A stretch of DNA of 53,953 nucleotides from a virus (taxonomy: Duplodnaviria > Caudoviricetes). The stretch lies in the IMG/VR virus record IMGVR_UViG_3300005573_000115, positions 1 to 53,953 of that record, one strand, 5' to 3'. The notes under the pieces were generated by a model that saw only the letters and a program-made list of their open reading frames with translations, made no database searches and was not told the DNA's origin. The position numbers and the translations under genes are program-made. This document shows positions 1 to 9,941 of the stretch, piece after piece (within the stretch, counting starts at the first letter, position 1; the number at the start of each line of letters is the position of its first letter).

Positions 1-160
1 ACGAGTAGTATCCGGCTGGGTATATGCCAGCCGTTTTTCCACTGAGAGCGCCGTTGTTCGGCATGGTGCCTGCGGCGTTGTAGTTCACGCCCGCGCTGAA
101 CGTCGCGCCCGTGAGGACCTGCGACGGCGTGGCATTCCCGGCGACGATGAGCTGCGCCAT
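1..160 (-). CDS. Tail fibre/baseplate-associated protein, N-terminal part (runs off window)
   Basis: ATG at 160 after SD AGGAGGAGG; translates MAQLIVAGNATPSQVLTGATFS...GTMPNNG...YPAGYY, a repeat type typical of Bacillota phage tail fibre proteins. Confidence 0.65.
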   Translation of the reverse strand, partial: MAQLIVAGNATPSQVLTGATFSAGVNYNAAGTMPNNGALSGKTAGIYPAGYYS

Positions 161-175
161 GCTGTCAGCCTCCTC

Positions 176-1273
176 CTAAGCCTGCGAGATGTCGGCGGAC
201 ACGTAGACCTGGCTGGCCGTGCCAGCCGTCACGACCACGGCGATGGCCGTTCCCGACACGGCGTTGAAGTAGACCGGGGGCAATGAGTAGGAGTCGACAG
301 CGCAGGACTGGGCGTTCAGCACCGGGTTGGTCTGCGCTCCCACGCTGTCGGCGTATGTCACCTGAACCGTGACGGTCGTGGCGGCCGTGATGACCTGTAA
401 GTAGACGCGGACGACGTAGTTCCCCTGCGCCGTTGGCGTGTAAGAGATGACGGTCGTGGCGTTGGTGGTGGTGAGGAGGGTGGGCTGCGCGTCGGCGACG
501 TGGGGAGCATTACCCGCTGGTGAGCCGTCGATCAGCGTCTTCTCCCCTGCCGCCGAAGACACCGACACCTGGCCCACCGGGTCAATCTGAATCTCCGCCC
601 CGGAGGCGTGGTGGAGCGTGACGGAGCCCGTCACCTCCGTGTTGGGCTTCCATCCCGGATTCTCGGTCGTCATGTCATGCGGCGTCGTGTCGGAGCCCAC
701 GATGAGGTAGGTCCCGTCCGGCCAGTGCATCTCGTCGTGCCAGTCCGGTAGCGTCACCCGATAGACTCCCGACTCGTGGAGATCCAGTCGGGCTCCTTCG
801 GTTGACAGGAACATCTGACTCTGAAGCGGAGGGAGAAATCCCAGGCATATGGGTTGCTGGGTCTGATTCCCCAGGAATCCGATGATGGCGTAGAGATCAT
901 CTGTTCCCGGCACCGGATAGGCGGCTCCCTCCTCATATGCGTTTGAGGAAGCCGTCACAGAGGCGGTTTGCGGAAGGATATACTGGGAGCCCGCCGAGGC
1001 CCCGAAATTTCCCAGAACCTTGACCCCTTTGATGAGACCTCCCGTCGCCATCACAACGTCGATGGTGTGATTCTTGGGGTTGCGCCGCTGGACCCGCCCC
1101 AGGGAGAGAGTCTTGGCGTTCCACCAGGGATGGGTCTTTCTCTGGTGTCGGTGAATCTCAATCTGGGCATCCGTGAGGTTGGGATTGCCGATATGGTTGA
1201 CCGGGGTCTTCTCTGGGATCTCCCAGGGACGCGGGTTCGGGGGCTCATGCTGAGAGACAATGACCGGATTCAA
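176..1273 (-). CDS. Baseplate central spike (gpV/gp5-like OB-fold + beta-helix) with C-terminal beta-rich extension
   Basis: GRVQRRN..TIDV and AIIGFLGNQTQQPICLGFL OB-fold-like segment, repeated HxSG strands, position after hub gene; start moved to TTG 1273 overlapping the upstream stop. Confidence 0.65.
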   Translation of the reverse strand: MNPVIVSQHEPPNPRPWEIPEKTPVNHIGNPNLTDAQIEIHRHQRKTHPWWNAKTLSLGRVQRRNPKNHTIDVVMATGGLIKGVKVLGNFGASAGSQYILPQTASVTASSNAYEEGAAYPVPGTDDLYAIIGFLGNQTQQPICLGFLPPLQSQMFLSTEGARLDLHESGVYRVTLPDWHDEMHWPDGTYLIVGSDTTPHDMTTENPGWKPNTEVTGSVTLHHASGAEIQIDPVGQVSVSSAAGEKTLIDGSPAGNAPHVADAQPTLLTTTNATTVISYTPTAQGNYVVRVYLQVITAATTVTVQVTYADSVGAQTNPVLNAQSCAVDSYSLPPVYFNAVSGTAIAVVVTAGTASQVYVSADISQA

Positions 1274-2793
1274 CTCGTATGGATTCCCCTTGAGACACCG
1301 AGCGTCGTGGTCCACTCCTCGAACTGCGTGAAGGTGTGCTCGACCGAGGTCACATAGAATTCGGTGTAGCCCGATGTTGTGACCTCGTGGGTCCTGATGT
1401 ACCGTCCGACGACGTACTGCTCTCTGCCGTGGCAGGTGATACTCCCTGCGAGGTAGATGGGATTGTCTCTGAAGACATCCCATTGCCAGTGAGTCATGTC
1501 CACGGCGAGTTCTTGCATGGCCTGGAGGGTGTTGTCATTAGCCGCCACGTTGCCTCCGTTGGACACGGTGGTGTCGATGTTGGCGAGGATGCCCGACAGC
1601 CACGGAGACTGAATATCAGAGGCTCGAAGACCGTATAGGTTGATGGACGGATCATCAACCATCGGGTTGGCAGGTCTGGACCCGTTGTAGATCTGAGTTC
1701 CGCTCGTGATATAGCCGGAGACGGCGAGCATTCCGTCCAGGGAGGATGGGGACAGACCGGCGGCGCTCACCCCGGCCACGCTCCCGACAGTTCCTGTGAA
1801 GGCCGCCGCCGTCAGGGTATCGGTGAGGCTGGAGTCCGCCTCGGTGAACCAGTAGTTTTGAGCGTTCTGTTGCGTTCTTCCGATCTGAAACGCCAGGATC
1901 TCCAGTGGGTCGATCTCATAGGTGGGAAGAAGCGACTCCGGGACGTGACTGGCAAGCGGGATGTCGGGAAAATTCCCGGAGGCGTTCCTGTACGGAGCGA
2001 TTCTGAACAGAAGTTCAGGGGCCGAAGATCCGGGCGGATCGTAGATGAACATCTCTCCGATAGGCGGTGACTGGTAGTAGGTGTAAAGATCCCACAAGGT
2101 GCCTGTAAAGTTCTCGACGTAGGTAGGAGCGACGAGGGGAGATGTCGGCATGTAGACCTTTGAAATGGGGAGAGGAATGCCGCCTTTGAAGTACGCCGCC
2201 AGTCTTTCCAGATAGACAGGCAGGATCTTGGAGTCCAGGGCCTTGATGAATCCCTGAAGAGTGCCGGTTCCTCCTGTGCCCAGAAACGATGTCTGGAAGA
2301 AGGTGTCCATGGCGAAGGGGAAGATCTTGGTCATCAGATTGACTGCGTAGGCGAAGGTCGAGGTCTGCCACAGATACTGGATCTGGTAGTTCTGGTAGAT
2401 AATAGTGTAGTCCGCGCCCTGTACGACAACGCTTCGGGTGGGGCCTCCCTCGGCATCGCCGAATGCCAGGGTCTCCTCGCACGTCTCCACAAATCCGCGC
2501 ATGATGATTGGCAGGGAGCCTGAGCGCTGAGGGTTGACCGCCGCCCTGATCTCAACGTAGTCCATCGGATAGATCTTGTCGCACCAGGATTGCCCGTCAG
2601 AGTCTCGAACGGCGGTGAGCTGGATTGTGAAGCTCCCCGGCTGACCAGAGGTGTCCTTTGACGTGGACCAGGACACGAAAGCGTTCTGGCCCTTGGCGGT
2701 GAGATTGTAGGTCTTGCCCCGCCATGTCTTGATGAGAATCTCGGTCTGTGGACGGAAGGTGGTGTTGCGAACGGGTTCGACCCGGACTCCCAT
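1270..2793 (-). CDS. Baseplate hub (gp27-like) protein
   Basis: STSKD..PGSFTIQL, IYPMDYVEI, IMRGFV and C-terminal FYVTSVEHTF..WTTTLGVSRG; directly follows tape measure. Confidence 0.7.
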   Translation of the reverse strand: MGVRVEPVRNTTFRPQTEILIKTWRGKTYNLTAKGQNAFVSWSTSKDTSGQPGSFTIQLTAVRDSDGQSWCDKIYPMDYVEIRAAVNPQRSGSLPIIMRGFVETCEETLAFGDAEGGPTRSVVVQGADYTIIYQNYQIQYLWQTSTFAYAVNLMTKIFPFAMDTFFQTSFLGTGGTGTLQGFIKALDSKILPVYLERLAAYFKGGIPLPISKVYMPTSPLVAPTYVENFTGTLWDLYTYYQSPPIGEMFIYDPPGSSAPELLFRIAPYRNASGNFPDIPLASHVPESLLPTYEIDPLEILAFQIGRTQQNAQNYWFTEADSSLTDTLTAAAFTGTVGSVAGVSAAGLSPSSLDGMLAVSGYITSGTQIYNGSRPANPMVDDPSINLYGLRASDIQSPWLSGILANIDTTVSNGGNVAANDNTLQAMQELAVDMTHWQWDVFRDNPIYLAGSITCHGREQYVVGRYIRTHEVTTSGYTEFYVTSVEHTFTQFEEWTTTLGVSRGIHTS

Positions 2794-2796
2794 CGT

Positions 2797-5700
2797 CTAT
2801 CGAACTCCCGAGGCACGATGGACGGGAGCGGGAACCCTGACCGTGACCTTCTTCTTGGATCGAGTGGGGTTGATCGTCAGATGGATTCCCTTATAATAGC
2901 GAGCGACCTCGTTGGCGTACTCCACGGCGCTTCTAACGGCGGTAGCGCTGTTTCCTGGGTGGCCGCTGAACCCTCCCATCTGAGCGAAGTACGCCGCCCA
3001 CCAGATGCCAGGCTCCGTGACGACTTGGCTGCCGCCCATGAATCGAGACAGGACTGGAGAGGACGACGAGACTCTGTAAGAGATCATCTTACCAGCTTTT
3101 GGAAGAAGTTCCAGAGCCTTCTGGTAGTCGTAACTGGGCCCTCTGTTGTGACTTAGGAAGGTCATGAGGGAACCCAATCCCTGGGTGAGATTTCCGACCT
3201 GCTCATAGCCCTTTCCCACCCCTTTGAACCCCAGACCGTAGGGGTTGGGGTTGCTCGGGGTGAATGAGGCGGTGTTCGGATTGGACTGATAGCGGAAGCC
3301 CGTCTCCTTGTCGCCCCATGCGATGAACGCCTTGGCGAGTTGCACGTTCCCGTGGGCGGCGGCCAGGGCGTCTTTGGAGAGCGTGGACATGCCGACAGAG
3401 CCGCCGCCGGTCTTGAAGGCCCCGGCAGTAGGGTAGTTCAGAGGCGGCACCGAGCTTTGAGGGATCTGATTGATGGAGGTCTCATAGTTTCCGTGGTAGA
3501 GAGTGCTCTTGTTGTAGCCCTCTTTACCGGCGATGAAGTTGACGGCGCTCAGGATGCCTTGGCCGATCTGGATCATTGTGTTCTGCCATTCGATCTGCTT
3601 CTGCTGGACGTTCTGCGCGGGAGTCAGAAACTGACCGCTATGGCGTTTGATATAGGACTCCAGATCCGTGATGCCTTTGGCGATCTGTCGATTCGACAGG
3701 TTTTCGCTGGCGATCTGCGTGAGGGTTCCAACACCTGTGAGATTGGGGTTCTGCCCTGTGAGCTGGTACACCTGGGTGGCGGCCGACTTAAGCATCGAGG
3801 CGGCGGCCCTGCTTTTGCCCCCGCTCAGATCGGAGGAGGCACCATAGAGATAGGAGAACACGCCCAGAGCCGATTCAGGAGCGGCCACCAGACCTTTGCC
3901 CATGCTCTGCACCTGCTGGATGGCCCTGGTGAACATATTGCTCGCCATGCCGGGGTTTTGGGAGTAGAGCTTCAGAAGAGCCGCCGACTGAGACAGGGAC
4001 AGCGCCCCGTTCGTCATGTTCGAGAGCAGGTTCTCAGCCAACCCGCCGGTGTTGCTCGTGGGGGTGAACGAGTACGCCGCCCCGCTGAAGTCGCTAGGCT
4101 TCACACCGAGGGACTTGACGAGACCTCCCAGGTAGAGTGAGATATTGGGGACTCCCGTGCCTCCCAGGGATTTGGGCATTGTGAAGTACGGACCAGCCTG
4201 CGCTGAGGCCAGTGTCTGCCACAGATTGAGCTTTCCGGTGGGGTTCAGAAGCCGAAAGTTCAGAAGTTGCCCGGCGGCTCCCAGACCGGGGTTTGCCATT
4301 CCCTGGGCGATGCCCTGCATGATGCTGGCCCCGTTCTGACCCATGAAAGCCTGGAGGCCCGTGGCGTTCAGCGCCGTCTGGACGCCCAGAATGTTCTTCC
4401 AGGGAACGCCCACAAGGGTCTGACCGACCTGCTGGGTCGCCGAGACGAGTGCCTGGAGGACTTCGCCCTGCCTGCCCTGCATCTGCGCGTCAGATACGGC
4501 GGCTCCGATCAGGTCGGCGAACTCCTTGGCGGTTACGTTCTGACCGTTGAACGCACCGGATTGAAACATCGAGCCGAACCCCTGGATCATCGACTGCCCT
4601 GACAAGCCCAGTCCAAGTCCGCCGGTCGTCAGCTGGGCGAGAGTCGGAAGGAGGGGCTTTCTGTTCCCGATGAGGGACCCCAGAAGATCGGCGTTTCCCG
4701 AGATCTGCTGCCAGTTCTCCACCGACTGAGCGCCGATGGCGTTGATGCGGTTGGTGAATTGGTTGGCCAGACTGTTCCCTCCGAGCATCCGGTAGGTGGG
4801 GGACAGAGAGACCCCCTCCAGAAGTCCGTTCTTCGCCCCCTGAATCATCTCACTTCCGACAGCGGTGAGGATGGCGTTTCCAATAATGCCCGCGATCCCG
4901 CCCAGCGCTCCCAGGAATCCCATCCCTGCACCGCCCGCTCCGGCGGCCATCTCTGCGGATGCGCCGATTCCCCCGGAGAGGGAAGGGAACAGGGAACCCA
5001 GGAGTCTAGATCCTGTGGAGAGCGCCAAAGAGCCCAGCTTCTGCCCCGGCGTATAGGTTCCGTTCTCTCCCGCCGGGGTCATGAGCTTGGTGTACGGAAA
5101 CGCCATGTAGGTGAGAGCGGCGGCTGTAGGAGCGCCTCGGTTGGTTCCCTTGACGTTCTGGATGAGAGCGTTCATGAAGCCCTCGGGGTTCTTCTGGTAC
5201 TGCTGGAGCACCGTTCCCTTGGGAGCCATAACTGTCATGGCCTGAACGATCATCTGGGAGAGTTCTTGAATGCTCTTATCCGCCAGGTTGATCTCTTCAG
5301 GGCTCTTGTTTCTCAGGCTTTCGATGCGGTTGCTGATGGCATCCGACAGTAGCAATAGCTCCTCGGGGGCTCCCCTTCTGCTGGCGGCCTGCCCGATGGC
5401 GCTGATCGCTCCCGAGAGCGATCCGCCTCCCATTCTGAGGAGGGTTTGAGCCCCGAGACTTCCGATGGCCTGAGTGCGGGGGTCATTCTCGGTGTAGCCC
5501 ATTCCCACCGCGTGCTGCTCCCACATCTGCGCCACCTTGCCCATGACGGGCTGGAGCAGATACTGCTCGTCGAGGAACTGATTGGGGCTCACTCCAGGCT
5601 GACCGGCGGCCACCTTTCCCGTTTTGGGGCTATACCTGCTCCCGATTTTGAGAAGGGACATCCGAAGTCTGGGGTCCACAGCTCCCATGCGAGCCTGCTC

Positions 5701-6402
5701 GAAGAACACCCGAGAGCGAGTTCGGGCGTCGCGAGCCGCCTGAATCGAGACGCGCTGCTCCCATGCCAGGTCGGCTTGCACTTTTCTGGCATGTGCGTTG
5801 TCCTCATTGGCTGTCCGGTTGATCTGAGCCGTCGCGTTTCGGATCTGCTCGCGCTCTTTGCGGGTGTTCTCTAGCTCCTGAGCCTTGCGAAATGCGTACC
5901 GCTTGTCGAGATGCTTCTCGTGAGCACGTGCGTTCCTCAGTTTTTCAACGTTTTCGGCGGCTGCGGCTCGTTTCGCCTCGGCCTTGGCTATAGCCTTGAT
6001 CTGCTTCGTCTCTTCGGGAGCCCGGAGGGTCTTTTGACGCTCCGCGTACTTGTCCCGGTTGGCGCTGATGCGGGCGCGCTCGGTCTTGCCCATGTCCTCC
6101 GCCACCTTGTCCACACCATACTTGGCCTGTGTGGCGGCGAATGTGGCGACAACTCCGATCATGGCCTTCTGGAAGTCAGGCCCCAGGTTGACCTTGGCCG
6201 TCTTGGGAATGCTCTTCTTGAGGTCGCGAGTGAGTTCGGCCATCCCCTTGTCGAAGATGGCCGTCATGCCAGATGCAAGGTTCTTCAGGGTGGAGTCCAG
6301 GGCTGACTTGAACTCCCCCAGCATCTGTCGGTTGTCGCTGGAGAGTTCCTGTTTGAGTTGACGCAGAAACTCTCGCATCTCATCGTTATCGGCCAAGAGC
6401 AT
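2797..6402 (-). CDS. Tape measure protein
   Basis: 1201 aa, charged helical N-terminus, Ala/Gly-rich middle, downstream of tail chaperones. Confidence 0.8.
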   Translation of the reverse strand: MLLADNDEMREFLRQLKQELSSDNRQMLGEFKSALDSTLKNLASGMTAIFDKGMAELTRDLKKSIPKTAKVNLGPDFQKAMIGVVATFAATQAKYGVDKVAEDMGKTERARISANRDKYAERQKTLRAPEETKQIKAIAKAEAKRAAAAENVEKLRNARAHEKHLDKRYAFRKAQELENTRKEREQIRNATAQINRTANEDNAHARKVQADLAWEQRVSIQAARDARTRSRVFFEQARMGAVDPRLRMSLLKIGSRYSPKTGKVAAGQPGVSPNQFLDEQYLLQPVMGKVAQMWEQHAVGMGYTENDPRTQAIGSLGAQTLLRMGGGSLSGAISAIGQAASRRGAPEELLLLSDAISNRIESLRNKSPEEINLADKSIQELSQMIVQAMTVMAPKGTVLQQYQKNPEGFMNALIQNVKGTNRGAPTAAALTYMAFPYTKLMTPAGENGTYTPGQKLGSLALSTGSRLLGSLFPSLSGGIGASAEMAAGAGGAGMGFLGALGGIAGIIGNAILTAVGSEMIQGAKNGLLEGVSLSPTYRMLGGNSLANQFTNRINAIGAQSVENWQQISGNADLLGSLIGNRKPLLPTLAQLTTGGLGLGLSGQSMIQGFGSMFQSGAFNGQNVTAKEFADLIGAAVSDAQMQGRQGEVLQALVSATQQVGQTLVGVPWKNILGVQTALNATGLQAFMGQNGASIMQGIAQGMANPGLGAAGQLLNFRLLNPTGKLNLWQTLASAQAGPYFTMPKSLGGTGVPNISLYLGGLVKSLGVKPSDFSGAAYSFTPTSNTGGLAENLLSNMTNGALSLSQSAALLKLYSQNPGMASNMFTRAIQQVQSMGKGLVAAPESALGVFSYLYGASSDLSGGKSRAAASMLKSAATQVYQLTGQNPNLTGVGTLTQIASENLSNRQIAKGITDLESYIKRHSGQFLTPAQNVQQKQIEWQNTMIQIGQGILSAVNFIAGKEGYNKSTLYHGNYETSINQIPQSSVPPLNYPTAGAFKTGGGSVGMSTLSKDALAAAHGNVQLAKAFIAWGDKETGFRYQSNPNTASFTPSNPNPYGLGFKGVGKGYEQVGNLTQGLGSLMTFLSHNRGPSYDYQKALELLPKAGKMISYRVSSSSPVLSRFMGGSQVVTEPGIWWAAYFAQMGGFSGHPGNSATAVRSAVEYANEVARYYKGIHLTINPTRSKKKVTVRVPAPVHRASGVR

Positions 6403-6757
6403 CCTCCTTTCTCCTCACAGCCTCGGCGATGATCTCATCCAGAGAGTTGGAGTCGGACTCCACGAAGGCTCTCTGGAGGTCGTCGAACGACACATAGGTG
6501 AAATCCCCGGATCTTTCGATGTCCCTCTCTCGCATCTCCAGCTCTTTCGGGTCGGGCTGCGGAATCCGCTCGCCGAAGTTCAGAATCCGGTTGGCCTTGG
6601 CGATCATCGCGGCCTCGAACACCAGTTCGGGATAGGTGTATTCTAGGATGCGGGGATCTCCTCTGGGGATTCGGTAGTGATAGCGGACGATGAACTCTGG
6701 GTCGTAGACTGAGAGCGATTCCCAATCATCATGAAGAAGACTGAACTTCTTCTCGAA
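6386..6757 (-). CDS. Tail assembly chaperone, frameshifted C-terminal (gpT-like) part
   Basis: The +1 frame is open from the TCC TTT CGA site through PEFIVRYHYRIPRGDPRILEYT to the stop at 6386, with no evident SD of its own. Confidence 0.7.
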   Translation of the reverse strand, partial: FEKKFSLLHDDWESLSVYDPEFIVRYHYRIPRGDPRILEYTYPELVFEAAMIAKANRILNFGERIPQPDPKELEMRERDIERSGDFTYVSFDDLQRAFVESDSNSLDEIIAEAVRRKEDALGR

Positions 6758-7067
6758 AGGAATTGGTGAACTTCACCCATCTTTCGTAGATGTCCAGGAA
6801 CAGGGCGCTGTCGGCATTGTCCAGGAAACTGAACCCGTCAGGCTTCTCGACGGCGGCGGCGTCCAGGATGGATGCAATCTCTAGCTCCAATGCCAAGTCA
6901 GCGTCGTCCCGCTTCAGGTCCTCCACAGACTGGTAGCCGCATTCCTTGACCTTATCCCGCAGGGCGGCGGTGGCCTTCAATCTTTTGGCCGGAGACAGAA
7001 GTTTGAACACGAATTTTCCCTTGGGGGAGTCGTACTCAAACCGTTCCTTCTCTTCAAGGATGTCCAC
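6729..7067 (-). CDS. Tail assembly chaperone (gpG-like)
   Basis: 112 aa between tube and tape measure, SD GAGGAGG, ends ..FTNSFR.. Confidence 0.75.
   Translation of the reverse strand: MDILEEKERFEYDSPKGKFVFKLLSPAKRLKATAALRDKVKECGYQSVEDLKRDDADLALELEIASILDAAAVEKPDGFSFLDNADSALFLDIYERWVKFTNSFREEVQSSS
6753..6761 (-). promoter_or_regulatory. Putative +1 programmed ribosomal frameshift site UCC_UUU_CGA
   Basis: Motif at the chaperone 3' end joins two overlapping open frames. Confidence 0.7.
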
Positions 7068-7150
7068 GAAATCTTTCCTCCTCTTCGGTTCTGAAGACAG
7101 GCAGGGAGGAGAACATAAGTTCTCCTCCTAGCCTCCCTTCGATGTGGTGT

Positions 7151-7696
7151 TTACGAGATGGCGAAAGAGCCTGATGTCTCGGTGCCCTGGAAGGTCACGT
7201 CCCATGTGACCGGGTTGTGGGCGGAGACGTTGAGGGTCCCGTTCTGATAGAGACAGTTCGATACCCTGCGGAGAACCGATCCAGTCGGACGGTCCATGAT
7301 CTCGATGGAGAACGTGTTCATCCCGAGTAAGTCCAGAAGCTCCTGCGGTGCGATTCCCAGAGACTCATAGGACTGGGACTTCACCCCGTTGAACCGCAAG
7401 GCGGTGTCGGTAAGCGACACCGATACGGTGGCAAGCCCTGGAGAATACTGCTGGACTCGGTTGTCCCCGATGCCCGAGTTCGCCTGAAGTCCGGCGTCCA
7501 TCGAGATGGTGGCACTCTGTCCCAACCCGACGTAATAGACCTGCTGACCGTTGGTGATCTTGGCATTCGGATTCGGATTTGAGGGGATGAGCATCGACAC
7601 GATGACGATGTTTCCGGTGTAGACCTGGACCTGCCCGTTGGAGTAGGGAGTCTGGATCGACATCGGCTGTCCGTTGGTATATGTGTCCTGTGCCAG
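7151..7696 (-). CDS. Tail tube protein
   Basis: YTGNIV..VGLGQS..GIGD..; follows sheath; probable start CTG 7696 behind SD AGGAGGG (first ATG at 7663). Confidence 0.8.
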   Translation of the reverse strand: MAQDTYTNGQPMSIQTPYSNGQVQVYTGNIVIVSMLIPSNPNPNAKITNGQQVYYVGLGQSATISMDAGLQANSGIGDNRVQQYSPGLATVSVSLTDTALRFNGVKSQSYESLGIAPQELLDLLGMNTFSIEIMDRPTGSVLRRVSNCLYQNGTLNVSAHNPVTWDVTFQGTETSGSFAIS

Positions 7697-7711
7697 TTCT
7701 TATTCCCTCCT

Positions 7712-9448
7712 TTAGCCCTGGTATGGAGCGGCCTGCACGTTCATCAGGACGAAATCGTTGGCCTGGGCGGGGAAGACCTGAACCTGAATCGAGACGGCGT
7801 TCGGCTGAACGGCCGTGGCCGTGAGATTCTGGTAGGACGGCTTCCCGACCAGATACCCGAGCGATGTCCAGTAGTCAAGCCGGGATGTGGCGACCGAAGT
7901 CGCCAGAGTCGTAATCGAGGGTCCGTTGTTGGCGGCAAAGCCGACGAGCTTCGCCTCCAGCTCGGCCTGGAGATCGGCGGCGATCACATCCAGCTCTCGC
8001 TCCACTTGGCTCTTCACGAGGTTGAACTGATTGGTGGCGGTGTAGGTCGTCACATCATCTGCGATGCGGAAGGAGCCGTCCGGCTTGACCTTGGTCACGC
8101 ACACGCCGCCCTCGATGGCGCTGTCGATGTCCGTCTGGGTGAGCGTCTGCTCCAGCCCTACGGCGGTCACAGGGACCAGGGTGATTGACTGCGTGGGGGG
8201 AGCGGCGGCCATGATGGCACCCGTTCTGGCGGCTTCATAGAAGGAGTCGAAGGTCTGGAGATTGCCAGCGAGGTTGGTCCCGACGAATCCTGGGAAGCGG
8301 ATGATCGTGCGGGCAGAATTCAGGTTGGCGGCGTTCGTCAATTCGGTCTCCAGCGACGCTCCGACAGCATCTCCGACGATGTTCACCCTGGGTTGGTAGA
8401 TCGAGGTCATATAGGCGGCATGGGCATCTCCCATCGCCCAGATGGATGTGGTGGATGTCAGGGGGCACACAACGCCGACCCCACTGACCGATTCGAGAAA
8501 GTTGAATCCGTTCTGCCAATCCGTGTTGGCGGGAGCGGTCGTCGCCCCCCCGGAGAGGTAGTGCCACGTCGAGTCGGCGGTGGGGGCCACGGCATTGGCC
8601 ACCCTGGTGGCGGTGATCCAGGGCTGGAAGATGCTGGAGTTTAGAAGGCTCACGACGGCTGATACGTTGGCGTAGATAGGGGTCGCCGTGGCCGACGAGG
8701 TGCCGACGGGGACGGCTGAGAGGTTGTCCAGATAGGCATAGACCACTTGGCTGGGGGATGCCGTGGGAGTGAGGGTGACGACGAGTTTGGAGCTGTTCCC
8801 GAGGGCTGTGATAAGTTGCCCCAGCGTCATGCCTGGCGTGAGCGTCACGCTGACGATGGTCGTGGAGCTTCCGCCGCTTGTGCCCTGCACCGTGACAGTT
8901 GTGTCCGAGATGGTGATTTGGGGAGAGGTGTCGGTCCCGATGTAGTAGACCGTGAACAGCTCCTGGTACACATTGTCCTTCGAGACATAGGACGGTGTGA
9001 CGAGGGAGCTGGCGTAGTCCGATCCGGCGAACACCTTGTACCCCACGCCTCCGCTCGCAGGCTGGAGCATATACTTGAGGTAGTTGCCGCTTCCCCCCCA
9101 GTAATTCGCCGACACGGTGAAGGAGGTGGCGAAGGTGCTGGTGTCGGTGGCCTGTGTCTTCTCACTGACATCCACACAGGTGATCTGGGGCACCGTCGTG
9201 ACAAGCGGTGAGGCGCTGAAGGCCAAGGCCGCCGCCTGCGCCAGCGATCCGCCGCCCAACTTCGTCGCTAGATCGGCGAAGGCGGCGATTGAGATGGCCG
9301 TCTGAGGCTTAGCCAGATCCGACTGACCGAGAAGGAAGAGGGTTTGGGTATCGGACCCAGACGACGCCCCAGAAGGCTGGCTCGTGACTGTGACCGACGC
9401 CTGGGGCTGCGTCAGATACCTGCCCGAGTACGGATCATAAATGGGCAT
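7712..9448 (-). CDS. Tail sheath protein
   Basis: 578 aa; LFLLGQSD..P, YWGGSGN, LSGGATT, DIDSAIEGGV, FRIADDVTTY motifs of contractile sheaths. Confidence 0.9.
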   Translation of the reverse strand: MPIYDPYSGRYLTQPQASVTVTSQPSGASSGSDTQTLFLLGQSDLAKPQTAISIAAFADLATKLGGGSLAQAAALAFSASPLVTTVPQITCVDVSEKTQATDTSTFATSFTVSANYWGGSGNYLKYMLQPASGGVGYKVFAGSDYASSLVTPSYVSKDNVYQELFTVYYIGTDTSPQITISDTTVTVQGTSGGSSTTIVSVTLTPGMTLGQLITALGNSSKLVVTLTPTASPSQVVYAYLDNLSAVPVGTSSATATPIYANVSAVVSLLNSSIFQPWITATRVANAVAPTADSTWHYLSGGATTAPANTDWQNGFNFLESVSGVGVVCPLTSTTSIWAMGDAHAAYMTSIYQPRVNIVGDAVGASLETELTNAANLNSARTIIRFPGFVGTNLAGNLQTFDSFYEAARTGAIMAAAPPTQSITLVPVTAVGLEQTLTQTDIDSAIEGGVCVTKVKPDGSFRIADDVTTYTATNQFNLVKSQVERELDVIAADLQAELEAKLVGFAANNGPSITTLATSVATSRLDYWTSLGYLVGKPSYQNLTATAVQPNAVSIQVQVFPAQANDFVLMNVQAAPYQG

Positions 9449-9657
9449 GGATTCATCCCTTTCGTGTTTCGATAAAGCCTGAAATCCTTTGTGAGGATTC
9501 CGTCAAATCTGGGGAGGCCCCCATCCACTGCCTCCGCGAGGGGTCCTCGGTGAGACCGATTAACAAGGTCAGACCCCTACCCTCCGCGTCTCTCACCCGT
9601 GCCTCGTCTCACCTGAAGCGGCGGGCGTACAGACGCGGCTTAGTCTCAAAATCGGTA

Positions 9658-9936
9658 TTACTGTTTCTTAAACGCCCTGTATCGACTGGCGTACTCGGAT
9701 GCCATTCGAGACCGGATGCCTGTTTCGATCTCCTGAATGACAAAAGCCGCCATCATATAGCGCTCTTTTGGGAGTGCATTGGTCGAGGCCCAGAAATCGA
9801 GAGGAACAATCGGCTCGCTTATTCTGGAAGCCTCCGCCGTCTGCGGGGCTTCCTCGACGCGGGGCTCTCCGACTGAGGGTGAAGACTCCTCCGCCACAGT
9901 CTCGGTGATGGGGTCTTCCGCTGACTTCTTAGTTAT
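9658..9936 (-). CDS. Small hypothetical virion-module protein
   Basis: Open frame between tail terminator and sheath; GTG 9897 or near-cognate ATA 9936 behind GGAGG. Confidence 0.55.
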   Translation of the reverse strand: MTKKSAEDPITETVAEESSPSVGEPRVEEAPQTAEASRISEPIVPLDFWASTNALPKERYMMAAFVIQEIETGIRSRMASEYASRYRAFKKQ

Positions 9937-9941
9937 GTCAA

